From the sequence record SRR20825006_1847: a stretch of 46,157 nt of DNA, one strand, 5' to 3'. Made by a program: the position numbers and the translations under genes. How positions within the stretch are numbered: the stretch's first letter is position 1; each line of letters opens with the position of its first letter. Below the pieces are notes generated by a model, which worked only from the letters and a program-made list of their open reading frames with translations, was not told where the DNA came from and made no database searches. This document shows, piece by piece, positions 10,334 through 19,570 of this stretch.

Positions 10334-11042
10334 GGGACATGTCCTTTTGGGGGGAGGGATCGGGCGATGGGTCAGGGTCCAGCCCGGCAAAGAAGATCGA
10401 CAAATGGGTGTCGAGCAATGTGGCGAGTTTCAGTTCTCCGGGGGCGGCGCCAGAGGGGCGGATGCCAAACACATCCTCCAACATCACATGCATCAAAAAT
10501 GGTCCGATCAGACAGCGCACTGCCATTTCCGGGTCGATTTTGCGGATATATCCGCCCTCCACCGCCTGCGAAAACAGCGCGGTGAGCGCGGGAAAGGCCG
10601 TGCCGATCACCTGTTCGCGGTACATTTCGGCCAGTTTCGGATGGCTCGGCGCCTCTCTGATGATCAGCTTTGGCACCGCCAAAACCCGCGGATCAGAGAC
10701 GCGTTCCACAAAGATTGGCACGAGCCGGATCAACAGCGGGCGCGGGTCACCGCGCCACGCGGTGATGTGATCCGCCATTTTGCCGACGAAACTGCCGACC
10801 GCGCGATGCACCAGCGCTTCGATCACTGCGTCTTTGGACGGGAAATAAAGGTAAACCGCGCCTTTCGAGACCCCGGCGCGACGGGCGATGTCTTCGACCC
10901 GGGTGCGGTCAAACCCCTTTTCCGCAAACAAATCGAGCGCCGCGTCCAAAATCTCGTCTGGGCGCGCGTCCTTGCGGCGGCGGAATTTTGGTTCTGGCTC
11001 GGTCTGATCTGTCTCGGGCCGATCCTCAGGCTGCGCTGTCAC
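10326..11042 (-). CDS. TetR/AcrR family transcriptional regulator
   Basis: RRRKDARPDEILDAALDLFAEKGF...IARRAGVSKGAVYLYFPSK HTH. GTG start at 11042 behind CAGGAG. Confidence 0.92.
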   Translation of the reverse strand: MTAQPEDRPETDQTEPEPKFRRRKDARPDEILDAALDLFAEKGFDRTRVEDIARRAGVSKGAVYLYFPSKDAVIEALVHRAVGSFVGKMADHITAWRGDPRPLLIRLVPIFVERVSDPRVLAVPKLIIREAPSHPKLAEMYREQVIGTAFPALTALFSQAVEGGYIRKIDPEMAVRCLIGPFLMHVMLEDVFGIRPSGAAPGELKLATLLDTHLSIFFAGLDPDPSPDPSPQKDMSHG

Positions 11043-11068
11043 GGGGGGCTCCTGTTGAGTCGTAAATA

Positions 11069-11090
11069 TAAATAACTGACCAGTCATTTA
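11069..11090. promoter_or_regulatory. Putative TetR operator palindrome
   Basis: TAAATAACTG-AC-CAGTCATTTA (one mismatch), 27 nt upstream of the TetR start. Confidence 0.65.
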
Positions 11091-11270
11091 TTTACACTAA
11101 GCCGCCAAGTAAAGATAAATCGTGGTGGGCTGGGTTTGCGCAACACCCCTGCGCCGCCAATAAGGCCTCTCTCAATCACCCCTCGAACCTCGATCGGGAG
11201 CGACACAAAACACCCAATAAGGCCACTGTAAAATCATAAAGTTACAAGCCAAATCAAACCCATGCGTGCC

Positions 11271-11284
11271 TTGATTTATGTCAA
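11271..11284. promoter_or_regulatory. FNR/FnrL box
   Basis: TTGAT-TTAT-GTCAA versus consensus TTGAT-N4-ATCAA, 60 nt upstream of the flavoprotein ATG. Confidence 0.75.
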
Positions 11285-11343
11285 CGCCACGTCCGCCGAA
11301 CCCCGCGATGCTGTGTCAGGCCAGACCTCATAAGGCATCTGAC

Positions 11344-13017
11344 ATGTCCCATCCGAAAGACCCAAAAGCCGACACAGCCCCCGGCAGCAAACGCAAAGAT
11401 TTCACCCCTCTCATTGATCACACCAAGATCGGTGGCACGGGGCCTGTGCGCCGTCAAATCCCACAATATGTGACCTTGACCCCGCCCTGTGCAGCGGCCT
11501 GTCCGGCAGGCGAAAACATCCGCGACTGGTTGGCACGCGCAATGGCGGGCGACTACCGCGCCGCTTGGGACATCCTCACAGCCGACAACCCGATGCCCGC
11601 CGTGCATGGCCGGGTCTGTTACCACCCCTGCGAGGGCGGTTGTAACCGCGGTGAGGTCGACACCTCCGTGTCGATCCACGCGATTGAGCGGTTTTTGGGC
11701 GATATGGCCAATGCAAAAGGCTGGGCCTTCAAAGCGGTGGCCCCGCCCTCCGGCAAAAAAATCCTGATCGTCGGCGCGGGCCCATCCGGCCTGTCCTGCG
11801 CCTATCACCTTGCCCGTCTCGGCCATCACGTCGAGATTCGCGAGGCCGGTCCCGTGGCGGGCGGCATGATGCATTTCGGCATTCCCGCCTACCGGATGCC
11901 GCGCGCTGAATTGGCCCGCGATATCGCCCGGATCGAAGCCCTTGGGGTCAAAATCGCCCTCAATCATAAGGTCACCGACCTGATGGCGGAAAAGACCGAG
12001 GGCGGCTTTGACGCGGTCTATTTGGCGATTGGTGCCGGGGCGGGCAAACATGTCGACATCCCTTTGAGAGAAGCGCCGAAAATCCTTGATGCTGTGCACC
12101 TGTTGTCAGATGCCTCCAAAGGCGACGCGCCGCTTTTGGGCCGTCGGGTCATCGTTTACGGCGGCGGTAACACCGCGATGGATGCGGCACGCACGGCCAA
12201 ACGGTTGGGCGCGACCGAGACTTTGATCGTCTACCGCCGCGACCGCGCCCATATGCCCGCGCATCAATTCGAAGCCGATGAGGCGATGGCGGAAGGCATT
12301 AAAATCAAATGGTTGACCACGATCAAAGAGATCGACGGGGAGGATTTGAAAGTCGAACGGATGGAGATCGGCGCAGATGGGCGCGCCGTGCCCACGGGCG
12401 AATTTGAAACGCTGACGGCGGATGCGGTGGTCTTGGCCTTGGGGCAGGAAACCGACAGCACGTTTTTGAAAAACGTCCCCGGATTGACCTTCAGGTGGAA
12501 TGGCACGGTCGAGGTCGATGCCGCCCGAATGACGGGCGCTTCGGGCATTTTTGCCGGCGGCGATATGGTCCCCGACCAGCAAAGCGTCACCATCGCCACA
12601 GGCCACGGCAAACTGGCCGCCCGCCACATCAACGCTTGGCTTGCGGGCACGGCCTATGTGGCCGACGAGGCCCCCGCCCTGGTCACCGGCGACATGTTGC
12701 ACCTGCCGGTTTACTCCGATGTTGATCCGAAAGAACAAGCCGCGCTCGCCACCAGCCAACGCCAAAGTTTTGACGAAGTCCTCAGCGGATTGTCCGAGCG
12801 CGAGGCCCGCTATGAGGCGTCGCGCTGTTACTCCTGCGGGTCGTGTTACGAATGCGACAATTGCTTTGCCGCCTGCCCCGAAGACGCGATTGTCAAACTG
12901 GGAACGGGCTTGGGCTATGAGATCGACCCGGAGAAATGCACCGGCTGCCAAAGCTGTTTCGATCAATGTCCCTGCCATGCGCTTGAGATGATCCCGGAGG
13001 ATCTTCACCATGCTTGA
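11344..13017 (+). CDS. GltD/DsrL-like NAD(P)-binding Fe-S flavoprotein with C-terminal 2x[4Fe-4S] ferredoxin domain
   Basis: PPCAAACP, GRVCYHPCEGGCNR, GAGPSG, GGGNTAMD, VYRR, and C-terminal CYECDNCFAACP / CTGCQSCFDQCP. Start MSHPKD. Confidence 0.88.
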   Translation: MSHPKDPKADTAPGSKRKDFTPLIDHTKIGGTGPVRRQIPQYVTLTPPCAAACPAGENIRDWLARAMAGDYRAAWDILTADNPMPAVHGRVCYHPCEGGCNRGEVDTSVSIHAIERFLGDMANAKGWAFKAVAPPSGKKILIVGAGPSGLSCAYHLARLGHHVEIREAGPVAGGMMHFGIPAYRMPRAELARDIARIEALGVKIALNHKVTDLMAEKTEGGFDAVYLAIGAGAGKHVDIPLREAPKILDAVHLLSDASKGDAPLLGRRVIVYGGGNTAMDAARTAKRLGATETLIVYRRDRAHMPAHQFEADEAMAEGIKIKWLTTIKEIDGEDLKVERMEIGADGRAVPTGEFETLTADAVVLALGQETDSTFLKNVPGLTFRWNGTVEVDAARMTGASGIFAGGDMVPDQQSVTIATGHGKLAARHINAWLAGTAYVADEAPALVTGDMLHLPVYSDVDPKEQAALATSQRQSFDEVLSGLSEREARYEASRCYSCGSCYECDNCFAACPEDAIVKLGTGLGYEIDPEKCTGCQSCFDQCPCHALEMIPEDLHHA

Positions 13018-16000
13018 TCACCCCCATACGACGCCCGAACACGCCATCATGGACGGCAACGCCGCCGTGGCGCATGTGGCCTACCGCGTCAACGAGGTCT
13101 GTTCGATCTACCCGATCACGCCATCCTCGCCGATGGCCGAATTGGCCGATGATTGGACTGCTTTGGGGGTCAAAAACATCTGGGGCGACATTCCGGTGAT
13201 TCAGGAAATGCAATCCGAAGGCGGCGCGGCCGGCACAGTCCACGGCGCATTGCAAGCGGGCGCTTTGACCACCACCTTCACCGCCTCGCAGGGCCTGATG
13301 TTGATGCTGCCCAATATGTTCAAAATCGCTGGCGAACTGACGCCGACGGTGTTTCACATCGCGGCGCGCTCACTGGCCACCCACGCCCTGTCGATCTTTG
13401 GCGACCACTCGGATGTTATGGCCGCGCGCTCCACCGGCTTTGCCATGTTGGCGTCAGCCTCCGTGCAAGAAGCGCATGACATGGCGCTGATTGCGCAGGC
13501 CGCCACGTTGAAATCCCGCGTCCCTTTCATGCATTTCTTTGACGGGTTTCGCACAAGCCACGAGGTCAATACGCTCAACCTGATCCCCGACGGGCAAATC
13601 CGCATGATGATTGGCGACGATCTGGTGCGGGCGCATCGCAAACGGGCTTTGTCGCCGGAAACCCCGTTTATCCGTGGCACTGCGCAAAACCCCGACGTGT
13701 TTTTCCAAGGCCGCGAAGCCTCGAACCTGTTTTACGCCGCCACGCCCGACATTGTCGCCGATGAGATGGCGAAACTCGGTGCGATGACCGGGCGGCACTA
13801 CAAACCGTTCGATTATATCGGTGCGCCGGACGCCACCCGCGTGGTGATTGCCATGGGCTCGGGCGTCGATGTGATTTCGGCCACGGTGGCGGATCTGGTC
13901 GCGAGAGGCGAGAAAATCGGCCTCATCGTGGTACGGCTGTATCGCCCGTTTTCGGCCGCGCATTTCCTTTCCGCACTGCCCGATACTGTGACAAAAATCG
14001 CCGTTCTGGACCGCTCGAAAGAAAGCGGGGCCAATGGCGAGCCGCTCTATCTCGACGTGGTCTCAACCCTGATGGAAGCGGTCGCCACAGGCATCCGCGC
14101 CACCCTGCCCCGTGTGATCGGCGGGCGCTACGGCCTCAGCTCCAAAGACTTCACCCCAGCGCAGGCAAAAGCGGTGTTTGACAATCTGTCCAAAGACCCG
14201 CCAAAGCCGAATTTCACCGTCGGCATCCATGACGATGTGACCTTTACCTCTCTGCCCATTGATCCCAGCTATGACATCGAAAAAGACACCGTCGTGCGCG
14301 CGGTGTTTTACGGCCTGGGCGCGGATGGCACGGTGGGGGCCAACAAGAACTCGGTCAAAATCATCGCCCATCAGCCGGGCCATTTTGCCCAAGGCTATTT
14401 CGTCTATGACAGCCACAAATCCGGCGCGATCACCGAAAGCCACCTGCGCTTTGGTCCCGAGCCCATCGCCGCACCTTATCTGATCGCTTCGGCCAATTTC
14501 GTCGCCTGTCATCAGTTCCATTTTTTGATGAAAATGGATGTGCTCAAACTCGCCGCCCCCGGCGCAACCTTCCTGTTGAATTCGCCCTATGGGGCGGATG
14601 CCACATGGGACCGCCTGCCACGTTCTGCACAGCAAACGATCATCGACAAGCGGTTGAAATTCTTCGTCATCGATGCCTCGGCTGCGGCCCGAGAGGTCGG
14701 CCTTGGCGCCCGCACCAACACCATCCTTCAGACCTGTTTCTTTGCCCTCTCAAACGTCCTGCCACGCGACGAAGCCATTGCCAAAATCAAAGCGGCGATT
14801 GAGAAAACCTACACCGAAAAGGGCCAACATATCGTTGATATGAACTTTGCCGCCGTCGATGGCGCACTGGCCGGATTGCATGAAATTGCGGTGCCGAGGG
14901 CGGCCACAAGCACACTCGAACGCCCCGCTATGGTGCCTCATGACGCCCCTGATTTCGTCCGCGAAGTCACGGCGAAAATGATGGAGGGCCTCGGCGACGA
15001 CATTCCGGTCTCCGCCCTGCCCGTCGATGGCACTTTTCCGTCCGGCACCGCCGCGTGGGAAAAACGCAATGTGGCTGAGGATGTGCCGGTCTGGATCGCG
15101 AACGAGTGCATTCAATGTGGCCAGTGTTCCTTTGTCTGCCCGCATTCGGTCATTCGCGCGAAATATTTTGACGAAGAGCTGCTTTCAAACGCCCCCAAAA
15201 GCTTTAAATCCGCACCGATCAACACCCGCGGTTACCCCGGCGCGCAATTCGCGCTTGAGTTCTATTTGGAGGATTGCACCGGCTGCTCGCTATGTGTCGA
15301 GGCCTGCCCGGCGGTGTCCCCCGATGACCCGTCTCACAAAGCCATCAACATGGTGATCAAAGGCGATTTGCCCGAAAAGGAACGCGAAAATATTGCGTTT
15401 TTTGAAAGCCTTCCGGTCAATGACCGATCCCGCGTCGATTTCGCCAATGTGCGCGGCGTGCAGTTTTTGGAACCGCTGTTCGAATTCCCCGGCGCCTGCG
15501 CGGGCTGTGGCGAAACGCCTTACGTCAAACTGCTGTCGCAGCTCTTTGGCGACCGTCTCATGGTGGCCAATGCCACCGGATGTTCGTCGATTTACGGCGG
15601 CAACCTGCCCGTCACGCCTTGGACCAAAAACGCCGAGGGGCGCGGTCCAGCCTGGGCCAATTCGCTCTTTGAGGACAACGCCGAATTTGGCCTTGGCTTC
15701 CGCTTGGCTGTCGACAAACAAACCGATGTGGCGCGCGCGCTATTGACCGGCATGGCAACGGAAGTGGGTCAGGATTTGGTCAGTGCCATCCTCACCGCGC
15801 CGCAAATCCGCGAAAGTGAAATCCGTACCCAACGCGAACGGGTTGCCGCGCTGCGGGTCAAGCTATTGAGCCTGCCGCAAACCTCTGAGGTTGAGCACCT
15901 GTTGTCGCTGTCCGATCACCTTGTCAAACGCGCCATCTGGCTCGTCGGCGGCGATGGCTGGGCCTATGACATCGGCTACGGGGGCCTTGATCACGTCTTG

Positions 16001-16615
16001 GCCTCGGGCCGCAACGTCAACATTCTGGTGATGGACACCGAGGTCTATTCCAACACCGGCGGGCAGGCCTCAAAGGCCACGCCACTGGGCGCAATAGCCA
16101 AATTCGCCGCCGCCGGAAAACGCACCAACCGCAAAGACATGGCGCTGCAAGCCATCGCCTACGGCAATGTCTATGTGGCGCAGGTTGCCTTGGGCGCGAA
16201 CCCGCAACACACCCTGCGCGCCTTCCGCGAGGCCGAGGCGTGGGACGGGCCATCGATCATCCTTGCCTACTCCCATTGCATCGCCCATGGGATCGACATG
16301 TCGAAAGGCATGGATCAACAAGCCAAGGCGGTAAAATCCGGCTATTGGCCACTGTTGCGCTATGATCCGGCCCTGCATGGCTCAGGTGAGCCGCCCTTCC
16401 GCCTCGACAGCCCGCGCCCGAGTCTGGCCTTCAAAGACTATGCCTATGGCGAGTTGCGGTATCGCGCCCTGACAAAATCGCGCCCCGAAGAGGCGGCGGA
16501 CCTTTTGGCCTTGGCGCAAAAAGGCATCTTGGACAAATACCGCACCTATGAGGAATTCGCCGAGATGGAAAAAGGCCCGGACCCAAGCCGGGTGATGGGC
16601 ACGGGGTCGTTTTGA
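13010..16615 (+). CDS. nifJ: Pyruvate:ferredoxin (flavodoxin) oxidoreductase, single-chain
   Basis: DGNAAVA, YPITPSS, EMQSEGGAAG, CIQCGQCSFVCPH, GACAGCGETPY, GGDGWAYDIG, VYSNTGGQ; 1201 aa. Confidence 0.97.
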   Translation: MLDHPHTTPEHAIMDGNAAVAHVAYRVNEVCSIYPITPSSPMAELADDWTALGVKNIWGDIPVIQEMQSEGGAAGTVHGALQAGALTTTFTASQGLMLMLPNMFKIAGELTPTVFHIAARSLATHALSIFGDHSDVMAARSTGFAMLASASVQEAHDMALIAQAATLKSRVPFMHFFDGFRTSHEVNTLNLIPDGQIRMMIGDDLVRAHRKRALSPETPFIRGTAQNPDVFFQGREASNLFYAATPDIVADEMAKLGAMTGRHYKPFDYIGAPDATRVVIAMGSGVDVISATVADLVARGEKIGLIVVRLYRPFSAAHFLSALPDTVTKIAVLDRSKESGANGEPLYLDVVSTLMEAVATGIRATLPRVIGGRYGLSSKDFTPAQAKAVFDNLSKDPPKPNFTVGIHDDVTFTSLPIDPSYDIEKDTVVRAVFYGLGADGTVGANKNSVKIIAHQPGHFAQGYFVYDSHKSGAITESHLRFGPEPIAAPYLIASANFVACHQFHFLMKMDVLKLAAPGATFLLNSPYGADATWDRLPRSAQQTIIDKRLKFFVIDASAAAREVGLGARTNTILQTCFFALSNVLPRDEAIAKIKAAIEKTYTEKGQHIVDMNFAAVDGALAGLHEIAVPRAATSTLERPAMVPHDAPDFVREVTAKMMEGLGDDIPVSALPVDGTFPSGTAAWEKRNVAEDVPVWIANECIQCGQCSFVCPHSVIRAKYFDEELLSNAPKSFKSAPINTRGYPGAQFALEFYLEDCTGCSLCVEACPAVSPDDPSHKAINMVIKGDLPEKERENIAFFESLPVNDRSRVDFANVRGVQFLEPLFEFPGACAGCGETPYVKLLSQLFGDRLMVANATGCSSIYGGNLPVTPWTKNAEGRGPAWANSLFEDNAEFGLGFRLAVDKQTDVARALLTGMATEVGQDLVSAILTAPQIRESEIRTQRERVAALRVKLLSLPQTSEVEHLLSLSDHLVKRAIWLVGGDGWAYDIGYGGLDHVLASGRNVNILVMDTEVYSNTGGQASKATPLGAIAKFAAAGKRTNRKDMALQAIAYGNVYVAQVALGANPQHTLRAFREAEAWDGPSIILAYSHCIAHGIDMSKGMDQQAKAVKSGYWPLLRYDPALHGSGEPPFRLDSPRPSLAFKDYAYGELRYRALTKSRPEEAADLLALAQKGILDKYRTYEEFAEMEKGPDPSRVMGTGSF

Positions 16616-16807
16616 ACGAAGCGTCTGCGTTTCACAAAAACCGTCACATCATCCGGTCCAGACTGGATCGGGTGAATACCCCCCCGCTTTCAGCAAAGTT
16701 AAAGAGATCGTGAACACTCCCCCAAAAACTTGCGTTTTTATGGGGTTAGCTTAAGTATGGCAAAGTTGGGTTGCTACCGCACCCTGCTGCCCAAAGGAGT
16801 CACGCAT

Positions 16808-17476
16808 ATGTTCACCCGTCGCCATTTTATTCAAACCTCCACCGCGCTGTTTTCCGCCACCGCCCTCGGCACGGTGGCGACACCGGCCATGGCCGCGACA
16901 AAAAGCGATTGGGAGACCTGGGATGCACAGGTGACACCGGCGAATTTCGATCTTGAAACCACCAACCCCTGGGATCTGCACGATCGCTTTTTGCCGCGCC
17001 GGGTTGAAGCCAATGCCGGTCTCGTCCCCGGAGACATCCATGTCGATGCGGTTGCGCGCTATCTCTATCTGATCGAAGAGGGCGGCACTGCGATGCGCTA
17101 TGGCGTGGCGATTGGGCGGGACGGTCTCTATGAACCCGGCACCTATGCGATCAAACGCAAGGTGAAATGGCCCACTTGGACCCCGACCCCCAACATGATC
17201 AAGCGCGAGCCGGAAACCTACGCGCAATACGCCGATGGGATGGCACCGGGTCCGCGCAATGCGCTTGGGTCACGCGCGCTCTATCTCTACGTGGGCAACC
17301 GCGACACCTATCTGCGCATCCATGGCACGCCCTACCCGCGTTCTATCGGGTCGCGCGCCAGTTCGGGCTGTGTGCGGATGGTCATGGCCCATGTGATCGA
17401 CCTCTATGATCGGGTCGACACCGGCGTCACCGCCCATCTTTATCCGGCGGAACGGGTCGTCACAGCGCAAAGCTGA
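16808..17476 (+). CDS. L,D-transpeptidase (YkuD/ErfK family), Tat-exported
   Basis: MFTRRHFI twin-arginine signal behind AAGGAG; RYGVAIG, WPTWTP, LGSRALYL, RIHGT...SSGCVRM catalytic motif. Confidence 0.93.
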   Translation: MFTRRHFIQTSTALFSATALGTVATPAMAATKSDWETWDAQVTPANFDLETTNPWDLHDRFLPRRVEANAGLVPGDIHVDAVARYLYLIEEGGTAMRYGVAIGRDGLYEPGTYAIKRKVKWPTWTPTPNMIKREPETYAQYADGMAPGPRNALGSRALYLYVGNRDTYLRIHGTPYPRSIGSRASSGCVRMVMAHVIDLYDRVDTGVTAHLYPAERVVTAQS

Positions 17477-17493
17477 CACGACCCGCCCTCAGA

Positions 17494-17775
17494 TCACATC
17501 GCCGTCAGTTGCGGTTCTTGTTGCTGTGCGCAAATCACATTGCCGCGCGGGGTGCGCAGCGGCAACATTGTCGTCTCGACCGGGCCAACATGCTGATACC
17601 AGAAACAGCCGTCTTTGGGGTTGAGCTGAACGGCATTGAGGTTTTGATCCGGGGCCGCGAGGGCAAGGACGCTCTCGGGCACCTCTTTGAGAAACCCCTC
17701 CGGCGTCACCTGTGTCATCGGGTCCGCGCAGCCCGCCAAAGCCACCAATCCCGCCAGTACAAAACCATATTTCAT
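17494..17775 (-). CDS. Small lipoprotein, unknown function
   Basis: Lipobox LAGC after MKYGFVLAGLVA, AAGGAA RBS, two further Cys (DGCFWY, NVIC). Confidence 0.8.
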   Translation of the reverse strand: MKYGFVLAGLVALAGCADPMTQVTPEGFLKEVPESVLALAAPDQNLNAVQLNPKDGCFWYQHVGPVETTMLPLRTPRGNVICAQQQEPQLTAM

Positions 17776-18010
17776 CGACTTTTTCCTTTTGCGTCACTCA
17801 TCGCCAAAGCGTTTCGAAACCAAGCTGAGACACAACTTATTTACGAAACACATGCAATATCTATAGGGTTTGTGCGTTTCACGCCAAAGCTTTAAGCCAA
17901 GTTTGTCGCGAAACGCTTTCACCTCCCCTTTAGGCGTTTCCCGCCCGCCTGTCCCGCAGAAAGACGCCACACCTCTTTCGAGAAAGACAGAGGGCCAGAT
18001 GTCACCCGTG

Positions 18011-18973
18011 TCAGTTTACGGGCGTGATCAACGCCTCACCGGCAAAAAACGCCGCCAAATTGGCGCATTGCGCCATGGACATATCGCGGCGGGTTTCGAC
18101 AGTCGAAGACGCCTGATGCGGCTGTAACAACACATTGTCCATCGCGATCAACCGCGCATCGACATGCGGCTCATTGCAAAACACATCCAACCCGGCGCCA
18201 GCGATTTTGCCCTGTTGCAACGCCTCGATCAGCGCCTCTTCGTCAATGCATGTGCCGCGCGCGATGTTGATCACCACGCCCTGCGGCCCCAGTGCTTCGA
18301 TGGCCGCGCGCGAGACATAGCCGCGCGTGCTGTCCCCGCCGACCACGGCGACCATAAGCCAATCGACCGCCGCCGCCAAAGCCACCACATCGGTGTGATA
18401 GGTCCAGCCGGGCGTGTCCTTTTCCCCCCGTGAGCAATAGTGGACCTCCATGTTGAATGCCGCCAAACGATCGGCAATGGCACGGCCGATCCGGCCCATC
18501 CCAGCAATGCCCACCTTGGCCCCGGACATTTTGCGATTGAGCGGCAATTCGCGCCCCGATGCCCATGTGCCATTGCGCACCCACGCGTCGCCTTGCGGGA
18601 TTTGGCGCGCCCAGCCCAGCATCATCGCCACCGCCAAATCCGCCACATCTTCGTTCAACACATCCGGTGTATTGGTCACTTTGATCCCACGCGCCGTCGC
18701 CGCCGCGACGTCGATCGCATCATAGCCGACGCCAAATTGCGCGATGAGTTTGAGATTGGGAAACAGGTCCATTTGTGCGCCATCAATCGCCCGATGGCCC
18801 TTGTTCGCAATGGCTTTGATTGAGGCACGCTGATCCGCAGGCAAGGCTGCGCGGGCTTCTTTGGTTCCGGCACGCAGCGCCGGGGCGACGACCTCGATCC
18901 GCGCAATTTCATCCGGGGTGAAGCTGTCAGAAGAAATAAGGGTCACAGGATCAGACAGACGCAGGTCAGACAT
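18011..18973 (-). CDS. D-isomer specific 2-hydroxyacid dehydrogenase
   Basis: FGVGYDAID, VTNTPDVL, GMGRIG, INIARG, GLDVF, QPHQAS. Confidence 0.93.
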   Translation of the reverse strand: MSDLRLSDPVTLISSDSFTPDEIARIEVVAPALRAGTKEARAALPADQRASIKAIANKGHRAIDGAQMDLFPNLKLIAQFGVGYDAIDVAAATARGIKVTNTPDVLNEDVADLAVAMMLGWARQIPQGDAWVRNGTWASGRELPLNRKMSGAKVGIAGMGRIGRAIADRLAAFNMEVHYCSRGEKDTPGWTYHTDVVALAAAVDWLMVAVVGGDSTRGYVSRAAIEALGPQGVVINIARGTCIDEEALIEALQQGKIAGAGLDVFCNEPHVDARLIAMDNVLLQPHQASSTVETRRDMSMAQCANLAAFFAGEALITPVN

Positions 18974-19102
18974 GTGGCGGGTCCTTTTCAAAACAAGAGA
19001 GCATGTATGGCGCGCGGCCTTGCGGACTGTGTCATTTGATCACGGCGAGGAAAAGCGCAAATTGCCCGATGTCCCCTCGGGCTTCCCCTGCGCTGAGCCG
19101 CC

Positions 19103-19321
19103 TTATTCGAAGAACTGGTCGGGATCGACCCGCCCAAATGGCGCTCTGGAGTCGCCATTGATTTGGGAAATGGGCCGGTTCGACAGGTGCATGATGGCCA
19201 TGGGCGACATTTCCGGCGCTTTGGGGCTGGGCGTGGTCGGCCAGTGGATGACCGACTGCCGGGTCTGATGCTGGATCGGTTCGAAGACCCCACCGGCACG
19301 CCGATTTACTCTGTGGCTTTT
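19103..19321 (-). pseudogene. Possible start-less gene remnant (3' end of a lost CDS)
   Basis: Open frame ...GGVFEPIQHQTRQSVIHWPTTPSPKAPEMSPMAIMHLSNRPISQINGDSRAPFGRVDPDQFFE* with strong GC3 bias. It is bounded upstream by an in-frame TAG at 19322-19324 and has no start near its 5' end. Confidence 0.35.
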
Positions 19322-19338
19322 CTAAAGGTTTTTCGGGA

Positions 19339-19372
19339 AAGGCGGTTGACGACCGCCTTAAAACGTATATAC
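19339..19372 (+). promoter_or_regulatory. Putative promoter/operator of the RHH-parA pair
   Basis: AAGGCGGT-TGACG-ACCGCCTT inverted repeat overlapping TTGACG (-35-like), plus palindrome GTATATAC at 19365-19372 over the -10 region. Confidence 0.5.
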
Positions 19373-19399
19373 AAAGATCAACCCGAACCGAGACATCAC

Positions 19400-19570
19400 A
19401 TGCCCCCCAAAAGCAAAAAAGACAGCAGTTTGATCATTCGCCTGCCCAAGGCAGACCGGGATGACTTTGTCGCGCTTTGCGAGAAAACCGGCACCTCGGC
19501 TTCACGCGAATTGCGCGAGCATATTCAGAAATTCATCAAGAAAAACAGTAAGAAAGGATCGTCCTCGTGA
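19400..19570 (+). CDS. Small ribbon-helix-helix-like DNA-binding protein (56 aa)
   Basis: MPPKSKKDSSLIIRLPKADRDDFVALCEKTGTSASRELREHIQKFIKK: alternating beta strand, helix, G-x-S turn, helix. Stop overlaps the parA GTG (GTGA). Confidence 0.7.
   Translation: MPPKSKKDSSLIIRLPKADRDDFVALCEKTGTSASRELREHIQKFIKKNSKKGSSS

Noticed and set aside
11344-13017. Glutamate synthase small subunit (gltD) call
   Set aside because: No gltB is adjacent, there is an extra C-terminal ferredoxin domain, and the gene is coupled to PFOR.
13010-16615. Nitrogen fixation role implied by the nifJ name
   Set aside because: No nif genes, flavodoxin or sigma54/NifA elements were seen; the upstream motif is an FNR box.
18988-19299. 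103-aa minus-strand ORF
   Set aside because: Its Arg/Ser/Pro-rich composition looks out of frame, and a different frame in the same region has the coding-like codon bias.
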